A DNA stretch of 64,000 bases from an uncultured Anaerotruncus sp. (GTDB taxonomy: Bacteria; Bacillota; Clostridia; Oscillospirales; CAG-272), in the NCBI GenBank assembly GCA_905210995.1, contig CAJLZE010000002.1, positions 6,179 to 70,178 of the forward strand, in the 5' to 3' direction. The translations under genes were made by a program, and so were the position numbers. Position 1 is the stretch's first letter; each line of letters opens with the position of its first letter. The notes beneath the pieces were generated by a model that ran no database searches, had not been told where the DNA came from, and saw nothing but the letters and a program-made list of their open reading frames with translations. Below, one piece after another: positions 39,262 to 47,661 of this stretch.

Positions 39262-39993
39262 ATGTCTTTGTTCACAATAGCCGACCTCCACCTGCCGGGT
39301 GCGGAAGGTAAGGAAAAATCAATGGAAGTCTTCGGACAGCGATGGGCCGACTCGCAGAATCGGCTCGAACGCAGCTGGCGCGCGATCGTGGAGCCCGACG
39401 ACGATGTGGTGATCCCCGGCGATATCACATGGGCTATGAATCTTGATGAAGCACGTCGGGATTTTGCGTTCATTGATTCCCTGCCCGGAAAAAAATACAT
39501 CGGCAAAGGGAACCATGATTTCTGGTGGGCAACGGCGTCAAAAATGAATGTATTTTTCGCCGCAAACGGTTTCGGTTCTCTGAATATACTTTATAACAAC
39601 GCTTATATTGCGGGCGGCGCGGTCATATGCGGTGCACGCGGGTGGTTTTTTGACGAAGAATCTCAAAAGACCATCGGAAACGTCAGTTGGGATAAGATAA
39701 ACAACCGTGAAGCTATGCGGCTCGAAATGAGCCTCAATGCCGCCGTAAAGTTACGCGACACCTCTGCTCCGTCGCTTCCGGTGATAGCGTTTCTTCATTT
39801 TCCGCCGGTGTGGAACGGCGCCGTGGCAAGGAATCTTATCGATCTTCTGCACAATTACGGCGTGTCCCGCTGCTATTTCGGACACATACACAGCGGGTAT
39901 GTCGGGCGTCAGCCGTTTGAATTCGAGGACATTGAATTTCGGCTGATATCGGCAGACCATCTTGCCTTTTGCCCGCAGAAAGTGTTCGTATAA
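39262..39993 (+). CDS. Metallophosphoesterase
   Basis: The calcineurin-like motifs are IADLHL, PGDITW, GNHDFWW and the later FLHFPP/GHIH. Confidence 0.8.
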   Translation: MSLFTIADLHLPGAEGKEKSMEVFGQRWADSQNRLERSWRAIVEPDDDVVIPGDITWAMNLDEARRDFAFIDSLPGKKYIGKGNHDFWWATASKMNVFFAANGFGSLNILYNNAYIAGGAVICGARGWFFDEESQKTIGNVSWDKINNREAMRLEMSLNAAVKLRDTSAPSLPVIAFLHFPPVWNGAVARNLIDLLHNYGVSRCYFGHIHSGYVGRQPFEFEDIEFRLISADHLAFCPQKVFV

Positions 39994-40057
39994 GGGACGT
40001 GATTCTCAAAAAAATGCGCTTTTTAACGCAAATTCAACCGAATTTATAATTTAGGTC

Positions 40058-40085
40058 TTGACATATAATCATTTTATAGTAAAAT
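40058..40085 (+). promoter_or_regulatory. Sigma-A-type promoter for tig
   Basis: TTGACA, 16 nt, then TAAAAT. Confidence 0.5.
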
Positions 40086-40154
40086 ATATTAATGTGAAAA
40101 ATTGCGCCCGCAGCGGATCCCGCCCGGACGTGTTGTAAGAAAGGTATGGTCAAT

Positions 40155-41489
40155 ATGACAATCAGAAAATCAGAGATCAACGAAAAGAATCTTTGCACCG
40201 TTGAGTTTTCCGAAGATGCCGCAACCCTTGAGGCTGAAAAGTCGAAGGTCTTCCATGAGAAGTCCAAAAACTTTAACATCCCCGGTTTCAGACGCGGCAA
40301 GGCTCCCCGCAGCATTATCGAAAAAATGTACGGCACCGGCATTTTCCTTGAGGATGCCATCAACAACATCATCCACAGCAACTATGCCGCTATAATCGAC
40401 GCAGCCGGCAAGCAGGTAGTTTCCGCTCCCGAGTTCGACATCGTATCCATGGATGACAAGGAGATCGTTCTGAAAGCCGAGATGTATGTGAAGCCCGATG
40501 TGACCATCGAAGGCTACAAGGGCATCGAGGCATCCGTTGTTCTCGCTCCCGTGACCGACGAGGAGATCGACCGCGAGGTCGACACCGTTCGCGAGAGAAA
40601 TGCCCGTGAGATCGAGATCACCGACCGTCCCGCCGAAATGGGCGACACTGCGGTCATTGATTACGAAGGCTTTGTTGACGGCGTTGCGTTTGAAGGCGGC
40701 AAGGATTCCGGGCATCACCTCAAACTCGGATCCGGTCAGTTCATCCCCGGCTTTGAGAAAGGCATCGTCGGCAAGAACATTGGCGAAGAGTTCGACGTAA
40801 ACGTCACCTTCCCCACAGAGTACGGCGCCAAAGAGCTTGCAGGCAAGGCAGCGGTCTTCAAAGTAAAGCTCAACGCTATTGAAAAGACCGAGCTTCCCGC
40901 AGCCGACGACGATTTTGCGGTCGACGTATCCGAATTCAATACATTCGCTGAATACCGCGCAGACCTTGCGTCAAAAATCGAAAAGAGACACAAGGATGCA
41001 GCCGACAACGAGCTTGCGGAAAAGGTCGAGGATGCTCTCGCCGAAAAGCTTGTTGCCGAAATTCCCGAAAGCATGGTTGACGCAGAGGTTGAAAACCAGG
41101 TCAGAGAAAGCGAATCCAGAATGCAGATGCAGGGTATCGAGCTTTCAATGTACCTAAAGTACTTCAACATGACCCTTGATCAGTATAAGGAGCAGATCCG
41201 TCCCTCCGCTCTCAAGCATGTAAAGACCGAGCTTGCTCTCGAAAAGATCGCCGAACTCGAGTCCGTTGAGGTCTCCGAGGACGAGGTCAATGAGGAATAC
41301 GAGACAATAGCCAAGGCATACAGTGTTGAACTTGACTATGCAAAGCAGAACCTTCCCGCTGAGGAGATAAAGCGCACGCTCATGTTCCGCAAAGCTCTTG
41401 CTCTTGTCAAGGATGCTGCCAATGTGACCTATCTTGACAAGGCTCCCGAAGCGACTGCCGAGGCTGCTCCGGCTGCCGATGCCGAATAA
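40155..41489 (+). CDS. tig: Trigger factor
   Basis: The ribosome-binding signature is FRRGKAPRSIIEKMYG. A central FKBP PPIase domain (DYEGFVDGVAFEGGK) is present, and the gene lies upstream of clpP-clpX. Confidence 0.9.
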   Translation: MTIRKSEINEKNLCTVEFSEDAATLEAEKSKVFHEKSKNFNIPGFRRGKAPRSIIEKMYGTGIFLEDAINNIIHSNYAAIIDAAGKQVVSAPEFDIVSMDDKEIVLKAEMYVKPDVTIEGYKGIEASVVLAPVTDEEIDREVDTVRERNAREIEITDRPAEMGDTAVIDYEGFVDGVAFEGGKDSGHHLKLGSGQFIPGFEKGIVGKNIGEEFDVNVTFPTEYGAKELAGKAAVFKVKLNAIEKTELPAADDDFAVDVSEFNTFAEYRADLASKIEKRHKDAADNELAEKVEDALAEKLVAEIPESMVDAEVENQVRESESRMQMQGIELSMYLKYFNMTLDQYKEQIRPSALKHVKTELALEKIAELESVEVSEDEVNEEYETIAKAYSVELDYAKQNLPAEEIKRTLMFRKALALVKDAANVTYLDKAPEATAEAAPAADAE

Positions 41490-41561
41490 TTTTTAACCTG
41501 ATTAACAAAGGGGCTGGCGAAATTATTCGTCAGCCCCGAAGAAGAAAGGTTGGTAATTCCA

Positions 41562-42182
41562 ATGATGATGAACAACAGCAGCTCAGATATCATCCGTGCG
41601 GCAAGTATGCCGTATGTAATCGAGCAGGACGGACGCGGTGAGCGTTCCTACGACATCTTTTCCCGCCTGCTCAACGACCGCATCATATTCCTCTCCGACG
41701 AAGTGAACGACCTCACGTCCTCGCTTATCGTCGCCCAGATGCTCTACCTTGAATCGGTCGATCCCGACAAGGACATTTCCTTCTATATCAACAGCCCCGG
41801 CGGCTCAGTCACGGCAGGTATGGCTATCTACGACACAATGCAGTTTGTAAAGTGCGACGTGACCACCATCTGCATCGGCATGGCAGCCAGCATGGGCGCA
41901 TTTCTGCTTGCCGCAGGCACAAAGGGAAAGAGACTTGCTCTTCCCCACAGCGAGATCATGATCCACCAGCCCTCAGGCGGCGCTCAGGGTCAGTGCAGCG
42001 ACATCAAGATCCGTGCGGATCTGCTTTTGCGCACGCGTGACACACTGAACCGTATACTTGCCGAGCGCACGGGCAAACCGATCGAAACGATCGAAAAGGA
42101 TACCGAAAGAGACAACTTCATGACTGCCGAGCAGGCGCTCGAGTACGGTCTTATTGACCGCATTATTGACCGTCACGTCTGA
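41562..42182 (+). CDS. clpP: ATP-dependent Clp protease proteolytic subunit
   Basis: The catalytic Ser context is [14 protein letters not shown], and the His context is IMIHQPSGG. Confidence 0.92.
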   Translation: MMMNNSSSDIIRAASMPYVIEQDGRGERSYDIFSRLLNDRIIFLSDEVNDLTSSLIVAQMLYLESVDPDKDISFYINSPGGSVTAGMAIYDTMQFVKCDVTTICIGMAASMGAFLLAAGTKGKRLALPHSEIMIHQPSGGAQGQCSDIKIRADLLLRTRDTLNRILAERTGKPIETIEKDTERDNFMTAEQALEYGLIDRIIDRHV

Positions 42183-42305
42183 TCTTTGGCATCATTTTGA
42201 GATCTGCGTGAAAAATGGAGTTCCCGACGGCAACTCTAAATTTACATTTTCACGTCCGGCTCGGTGCCGTACGGTGCCGACCGTCAAGAAAGGCATGGAA
42301 CAAAT

Positions 42306-43628
42306 ATGCCATCCAAAAACAACTCTGTCATTCACCGCTGCGCGTTTTGCGGACGTTCCGAAGAGGATTGCAACTTTCTCATCCCCGCAACGAACGGGCT
42401 TTATATATGCGACTTCTGCGTGCGCGCGTGCAATGAGATAATCGACGAAAGCGAAGCGGAGACCCGCCATGCCGACGACACAGACCTCAGCTACGATAAA
42501 CTCCCGAAGCCGCGCATGATAAAGGAAGCGCTCGACGAATACGTTATAGGTCAGGACGAGGCAAAGATCGCACTTTCCGTGGCGGTATACAACCATTACA
42601 AGCGCATACTCACCAAGTCCGGCAAGCTTCCTGTCGCAGGACGCAAAAAGAAAAAGGAATCCGACGACCGCTCAGCCGATGTGGAGATACAGAAGAGCAA
42701 CGTGCTTCTTATCGGTCCCACCGGCGTGGGAAAGACCTACCTTGCCCAAACGCTTGCCAAAACGCTTAAGGTACCGTTTGCCATTGCCGACGCAACGACA
42801 CTCACGGAGGCAGGATATGTCGGTGAGGATGTTGAAAATATTTTGCTGAGACTTATCCAGGCGGCTGATTATGACATTGAGCGCGCCGAAAAAGGCATTA
42901 TATACATTGATGAGATCGACAAGATATCGCGCAAGAGCGAAAACCGCTCGATAACGCGCGACGTTTCGGGAGAGGGCGTTCAGCAGGCACTGCTAAAGAT
43001 ACTCGAAGGAACGATATCAAATGTTCCTCCTCAGGGCGGCAGAAAGCATCCGAATCAGGAGTTTATTCAGATAAACACCGAAAACATCCTGTTTATCTGC
43101 GGCGGAGCCTTTGACGGACTCGACAAGATAATCGAAAAACGTCACGGCAAGCAGCTCATCGGCTTCAAGAGCGAGCTGACCGAAAAAACAGAAGAAAAGC
43201 CGGGAGAAATATTCTCCGACGTGACCCCTCACGATATAGTCAAATACGGGCTCATCCCCGAGCTTGTCGGTCGTCTGCCTGTTATCGTTCCGCTTACAAA
43301 GCTTGACCGCGACGCACTTGTGCGGATCATCAGCGAACCCAAGAATGCGCTTATAAAGCAGTATGCAAAGCTTTTCTCGCTCGACGGCATTGAGCTTGAA
43401 TTCGCACCGGGTGCGATAGAGGCGATAGCTGAGCTTGCGCTTGAACGCAATATCGGCGCCCGCGGACTGCGCTCGATACTCGAATCGCTCATGACTGGGC
43501 TTATGTACGACCTCCCATCACGCACCGATATCGACAAGGTGACTATCACAGCCGATTTTGTACGCAGAAAAGGAGATGCCGAGCTTCACTTCAAGCAGGC
43601 TGTTCCCGCAAAAGAAGCAAACGAATAA
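42306..43628 (+). CDS. clpX: ATP-dependent Clp protease ATP-binding subunit ClpX
   Basis: N-terminal zinc finger CAFCGR...CDFC, Walker [12 protein letters not shown], Walker [10 protein letters not shown] and the pore loop GYVGEDVE. Confidence 0.92.
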   Translation: MPSKNNSVIHRCAFCGRSEEDCNFLIPATNGLYICDFCVRACNEIIDESEAETRHADDTDLSYDKLPKPRMIKEALDEYVIGQDEAKIALSVAVYNHYKRILTKSGKLPVAGRKKKKESDDRSADVEIQKSNVLLIGPTGVGKTYLAQTLAKTLKVPFAIADATTLTEAGYVGEDVENILLRLIQAADYDIERAEKGIIYIDEIDKISRKSENRSITRDVSGEGVQQALLKILEGTISNVPPQGGRKHPNQEFIQINTENILFICGGAFDGLDKIIEKRHGKQLIGFKSELTEKTEEKPGEIFSDVTPHDIVKYGLIPELVGRLPVIVPLTKLDRDALVRIISEPKNALIKQYAKLFSLDGIELEFAPGAIEAIAELALERNIGARGLRSILESLMTGLMYDLPSRTDIDKVTITADFVRRKGDAELHFKQAVPAKEANE

Positions 43629-43633
43629 AAAAC

Positions 43634-43677
43634 AGCCGGAGACGCGGCACGCGAGTGCTCTGTCCCCGGCTTTTTTG
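43634..43677 (+). terminator. Rho-independent terminator after clpX
   Basis: AGCCGGAGAC...GTCCCCGGCT stem followed by TTTTTTG. Confidence 0.7.
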
Positions 43678-43678
43678 T

Positions 43679-44503
43679 TTATCCGCAGCGATTTTTGTCG
43701 CAGGATATCTGCGGTGTCAGCGGTGGATTGAATTCATTTACCGGAAATGACATGGTGCGGAATATCGCACACGGATTTTCTTCCTTCGGCGTGACGCATT
43801 CCTTGTCGGGCACGGCATATTCCGTTGCGGTGATAAGGAGCTGAGCGGGACGCACCAGACGTATTACCGAGAAGATCCCGACGGATACGGCAAGATATCT
43901 GCCGCCGTCGCTGTCACGCTGAGATATTGGACCGTCTATGCGCGCAGCGACCTGCGCAGGTATCTCGCAGCAGCAACAGCAGCATGGATTTCCGGGCGTG
44001 CGCTCGTAGACAGCAGCGCTCAGTATTATCGGATCGACCGCTTCGACGACAGCCTCCGGCATATTTCTCACAGCTTCACATCTCTCGTCCGAGCGGCAGA
44101 AATCATACGCGTTATCGCCGGAGCGGAAAACGTTAACATTGCTCTCCCCGCCGTAAAGCACAACATGCTTATCCAGGACAGCCACCCCTTCAAATTCCTG
44201 CGGCTTGCATCCACCCGTGCACGCTTCAAATGTAATTTTTACGAAAAAGCGAATGTTTACCGTATAAAAACCGCGGTTGAAGCGCACGGGATCGATCCCT
44301 ATATATGTCCAGGCTATGCTCGTATCCTTGGCTCTGATGTTACCGGTGCGGTTTATTATGTCACAGCCTGCATCGGTAAGACTGACGCGGACGTTTTCAA
44401 AGCAGTCACGGTCACGGCAACTGTCAAATATCCTACCTGTTTCGATACAGCAGGTATCGCGGGTGTTCCCGCCTCCCGCACAGCCGAATCTGTTTTCAGC
44501 CAT
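43679..44503 (-). CDS. Cysteine-rich hypothetical protein (20 Cys in 274 aa, including CCCCCC), with no signal peptide
   Basis: GGAGG RBS (GGAGGTAATACTTAATG). The Cys pairs and runs are read directly from the translation. I recognise no enzymatic motif. Confidence 0.7.
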   Translation of the reverse strand: MAENRFGCAGGGNTRDTCCIETGRIFDSCRDRDCFENVRVSLTDAGCDIINRTGNIRAKDTSIAWTYIGIDPVRFNRGFYTVNIRFFVKITFEACTGGCKPQEFEGVAVLDKHVVLYGGESNVNVFRSGDNAYDFCRSDERCEAVRNMPEAVVEAVDPIILSAAVYERTPGNPCCCCCCEIPAQVAARIDGPISQRDSDGGRYLAVSVGIFSVIRLVRPAQLLITATEYAVPDKECVTPKEENPCAIFRTMSFPVNEFNPPLTPQISCDKNRCG

Positions 44504-44716
44504 TAAGTATTACCTCCGTTTGTATTTGAGCGGCTCGGCGGCAATTCGTGCCGCCATGACTCCCACTCACTTTCATTGTATGCAAAAATACAGAATGTGA
44601 CATTTATTTCACTGACGATTTTTGTAATAAAGCCTACGTCATCAATACTTTATCGCAGCTCATGTAAACCAAATATTGCAGGATGCGAAAAATGTTGACG
44701 ATATCGTTCTGACTAC

Positions 44717-44745
44717 TTGCAATCTTTTCACAAATATGATATAAT
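44717..44745 (+). promoter_or_regulatory. Sigma-A-type promoter for the secreted-protein gene
   Basis: TTGCAA, 17 nt, then TATAAT. This leaves a leader of about 100 nt. Confidence 0.6.
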
Positions 44746-44853
44746 GCTTATGTTCGGAGCGGCATTGCCGTCTCTGTCCAAAATCCCCGGTGCGGGCGGG
44801 ACGTCAGCCCGAATACAACACCCGCATCCGATGAGAAAGGTATGGTCATAATC

Positions 44854-45945
44854 ATGAAAAAACTTTCTTTGATCATGGCAGTTATCATGGCGGCGCTCGT
44901 TATTGCGCTTCCCGCATCTGCCACCGGCGCATCCTCTACGTTTACTCCCGGCGAGATCATCTATTGCGAAAACTTCAGCAACGTTCCCGATACCGATGAT
45001 CTGTCTGTGATAGAGGCGTCTCTCGGCTACAAGGTCGTTGCCGTAGACACATCTACACTCGACTATACGATGACCGAGAAAAACATCAGCGCGGCGATCA
45101 AATATTCGGTCAAGGACGGCAAGCTCTGCGTTGACAACACTGCCGACGATTGCGCTTACAGTTATCTGTACATATACGACAGCGACTCAATGAAGGATCT
45201 TGTCAAGACCACCTACACGGTGCAGTATGAGATCACCTATGTTGCCGGTCCCACCGCATATTGCAGCCCCATACTCAACTGGGACGGCGAATTCACCCAC
45301 CAGGTCCCGATGTTCCGCGGTAACGGTACATACCGCAACCAGGTCAGATATATCACATCCGACAAAAAGACCCAGTGGAAAGACTGGGACGGCATGAGCG
45401 ACACATGGCTTCCCTCCCCTATATGGGAAAGCGACACTTCCCTCATTCAGAATGTTACCGTCAGACTCGTATCCGTTCCCGATAAGGGCATATACATCTA
45501 CGCCAACCAGTATCTGGTTTCCGCTCCCAGCGATATCGCATCCGCCAAGAGCGACCTCATGCCCGGAGCGCTTACCGGCACAGCTCTCGGCTTACGCTCT
45601 CAGAAGGGCGCAAGCGTCGTGATCGACAACATCGCCATCTATGCCGGTGACGGCTCTAAGATTACCCCCGATTTCTCCGCATACGGCTTCAAGGGACTTG
45701 ATCCTGTTGTTGAGACCACCGAGGCAGAGACGACTGCTGCTCCCGTAACCTCAAAGCCCACAACCACCAAGGCGAATACCACCAAGGCGCCCGAGCCCGC
45801 AACAAAGGCTCCCGATGTCACCACCAAATCTCCCGAGACGACCGCTCCCGAGACCAAGAAGGGCTGCGGCTCTTCCGCCGCTGTCGGATTTGTAATCCTT
45901 GCGGCTCTCGTTCCCGCTGCCGTCATAACCCGCAAAAAGAAATAA
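44854..45945 (+). CDS. Secreted protein with a signal peptide, a Pro/Thr-rich linker, and a C-terminal motif plus TM helix plus basic tail
   Basis: The signal peptide is MKKLSLIMAVIMAALVIALPASA. The linker is TTAAPVTSKPTTTKANTTKAPEPATKAPDVTTKSPETTAPETKK and the tail is GCGSSAAVGFVILAALVPAAVITRKKK. Confidence 0.75.
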   Translation: MKKLSLIMAVIMAALVIALPASATGASSTFTPGEIIYCENFSNVPDTDDLSVIEASLGYKVVAVDTSTLDYTMTEKNISAAIKYSVKDGKLCVDNTADDCAYSYLYIYDSDSMKDLVKTTYTVQYEITYVAGPTAYCSPILNWDGEFTHQVPMFRGNGTYRNQVRYITSDKKTQWKDWDGMSDTWLPSPIWESDTSLIQNVTVRLVSVPDKGIYIYANQYLVSAPSDIASAKSDLMPGALTGTALGLRSQKGASVVIDNIAIYAGDGSKITPDFSAYGFKGLDPVVETTEAETTAAPVTSKPTTTKANTTKAPEPATKAPDVTTKSPETTAPETKKGCGSSAAVGFVILAALVPAAVITRKKK

Positions 45946-45959
45946 GCATTTGCTAAATG

Positions 45960-45990
45960 GGCTGCCGTGTCAACGCACGGCAGCCTTTGT
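45960..45990 (+). terminator. Terminator hairpin after the secreted-protein gene
   Basis: Perfect 10-bp stem GGCTGCCGTG/CACGGCAGCC with a 6-nt loop, followed by a weak TTTG tract. Confidence 0.6.
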
Positions 45991-46067
45991 CCGTCTGCAG
46001 TCGTCATGTTGCTGCGGTCATTTATATAAACCATAAGTTCAATAAGACATATTTTGCCCATAAGGTA

Positions 46068-46096
46068 TTGAATTTACGGGCGATTTGTAGTATAAT
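46068..46096 (+). promoter_or_regulatory. Sigma-A-type promoter for smpB
   Basis: TTGAAT, 17 nt, then TATAAT. Confidence 0.6.
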
Positions 46097-46131
46097 AATA
46101 AAGTAGGCAAAAAAGAAAGGAGGATACCGCT

Positions 46132-46605
46132 ATGCCGTCCAAAGGCGGAACAAAGCTGATCGCAACAAACAAAAAAGCATATCACGAGTATTTTGTCGAT
46201 GACAGATATGAAGCGGGTATCGCTCTTTTCGGCACAGAGGTCAAAAGCGTAAGGCTCGGCCAGGTAAATCTCAAGGACTGTTACTGCTCGATAAAAAACA
46301 ACGAAATTTTTGTAAACGGTATGCACATCAGTCCGTATGAGAAAGGCAACATCTTCAACCGCGATCCGATAAGGCAGCGCAAGCTGCTCATGCACAAGCG
46401 TGAGATAATAAAGCTCGCATCGCTCTCGGCACAAAAGGGATTCTCGCTTATTCCCCTTTCGCTTTATTTCAAGGATTCGCGCGTAAAGGTCGAGCTTGGT
46501 CTTTGCCGAGGTAAAAAGCTGTACGATAAGCGCGAGACAGATGCCAAAAACGAAGCAAGGCGCGAAATGGAACGCGCAGAAAAATCATCACGCGAAAAAT
46601 GGTGA
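46132..46605 (+). CDS. smpB: SsrA-binding protein SmpB
   Basis: [21 protein letters not shown], the KLLMHKREI motif and a basic C-terminal tail. AAAGGAGG RBS. Confidence 0.92.
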   Translation: MPSKGGTKLIATNKKAYHEYFVDDRYEAGIALFGTEVKSVRLGQVNLKDCYCSIKNNEIFVNGMHISPYEKGNIFNRDPIRQRKLLMHKREIIKLASLSAQKGFSLIPLSLYFKDSRVKVELGLCRGKKLYDKRETDAKNEARREMERAEKSSREKW

Positions 46606-46630
46606 GCGCTACCGCTGACCGTTTTGATAT

Positions 46631-46998
46631 GGGGGCGTAAAGGTTTCGACGGGGATTTTAAGGTATGGTAAGCGGGTAGAGCCGGGTAAACTCTTTAAAC
46701 TGCTCAACTTAAAAATAAACGCTAACGATAATTTAGCATACGCAGCCTAAGGCTGTGACGCAGTCCTGCGGGACTGCCCGTTCCACCCATGAGTACCGCG
46801 GCTTGGGATGGGGCGTCATTCAGCGGTGCACGTGCATTGCCCTTTTGCTTTTGAGGCAGTCATGAAGAAAAAAGCTACCCGTGACGGTAGAGTGACGGTT
46901 CCCGACCGCCATGGGGAAATTTAAATAACCGCCTGCACCCGGAGAAAGCCATATCAAGAGATTTTCGGACAGGGGTTCGACTCCCCTCGCCTCCACCA
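46631..46998 (+). ncRNA. ssrA: tmRNA (SsrA)
   Basis: The 5' end is GGGGGCGTAAAGGTTTCGACGGGG and the 3' end is GGACAGGGGTTCGACTCCCCTCGCCTCCACCA (T-arm, acceptor, encoded CCA). The internal tag frame is ..GCT AAC GAT AAT TTA GCA TAC GCA GCC TAA (ANDNLAYAA stop at 46748..46750). It lies immediately downstream of smpB. Confidence 0.95.
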
Positions 46999-47004
46999 CA
47001 AAAC

Positions 47005-47037
47005 AAAGGCAGCCGTTAGGCTGCCTTTTGCTTTTTG
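47005..47037 (+). terminator. Rho-independent terminator of ssrA
   Basis: AAAGGCAGCC-GTTA-GGCTGCCTTT followed by TGCTTTTTG. Confidence 0.85.
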
Positions 47038-47144
47038 ATCGGTAACCGGATAGATCGTCAGTCGCCGTTTACCCTCCGCTAAAGAACTCATCCGCCATTG
47101 TGATAACGCTTTCAAAGTTTTCAATTAAAAAATCCCGATAGGGC

Positions 47145-47173
47145 TTGACACCGACGATTTATAATGATATAAT
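47145..47173 (+). promoter_or_regulatory. Sigma-A-type consensus promoter for the MarR-TauE operon
   Basis: TTGACA, 17 nt, then TATAAT. Confidence 0.65.
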
Positions 47174-47181
47174 ACCAAATG

Positions 47182-47195
47182 TTCTAATATTAGAA
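47182..47195. promoter_or_regulatory. Perfect 14-bp palindrome TTCTAATATTAGAA between the -10 and the RBS; candidate MarR autoregulatory operator
   Basis: Read directly from the sequence. It starts 9 nt after the -10 hexamer and ends 17 nt before the ATG. Confidence 0.5.
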
Positions 47196-47211
47196 TATTC
47201 GGAGGTACATA

Positions 47212-47661
47212 ATGTCTGCCCTCAAAATGATCGCCATAGGAAGAAAGCTTGCAAATATCTATGCGGGACTTTCGACGCCCATATGCCGCAAATACGGCAT
47301 CAACCAGACCTGCTTTGACGTGCTGCTTTTCTGCGCCAACAACCCGCAAAATAACACAGCGCGCGACATCTGTGCGATCCGCGGAATAAAAAGCGGCATT
47401 GCATCTGTAGCCGTTGAAACGCTGATAAGCGGCGGATATATGCGGCGCGAGAACGACAGCACAGACAGGCGCATCCGCCGACTCGTTCCGACCGAAAAGG
47501 CAGCGCCGATAATCGCTGAGGGACGTGATATGCAATCACGCTTTGCTGTAATGCTGCGCAGCGGTATAACGCAGGAAGAACTTGCATCGTTTGAGCGTAT
47601 GACGGACAAGCTTGAAGAAAATATCCGTTTATTCGAACAGGCGGAACGCAACAATGATTAA
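47212..47661 (+). CDS. MarR family transcriptional regulator
   Basis: Winged-helix pattern: CFDVLLFCANNPQNNTARDICAIRGIKSGIASVAVETLISGGYMRRENDSTDRRIRRLVPT. Confidence 0.85.
   Translation: MSALKMIAIGRKLANIYAGLSTPICRKYGINQTCFDVLLFCANNPQNNTARDICAIRGIKSGIASVAVETLISGGYMRRENDSTDRRIRRLVPTEKAAPIIAEGRDMQSRFAVMLRSGITQEELASFERMTDKLEENIRLFEQAERNND

Noticed and set aside
44574-44581. CATACAAT on the minus strand upstream of the Cys-rich gene. This matches the -10 consensus of mother-cell sigma factors (sigma-E/K type, CATACA-T).
   Set aside because: I could not find a matching -35 element at the required 14-17-nt spacing. A single 8-mer in an AT-rich spacer is weak evidence, so it is not annotated as a promoter.
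45700-45860. Repetitive ACC/ACA/CCC/AAG-rich DNA that looked like a tandem repeat.
   Set aside because: It is simply the codon pattern of a Pro/Thr/Lys-rich linker within the secreted-protein ORF. It has no exact unit length and is in-frame throughout.
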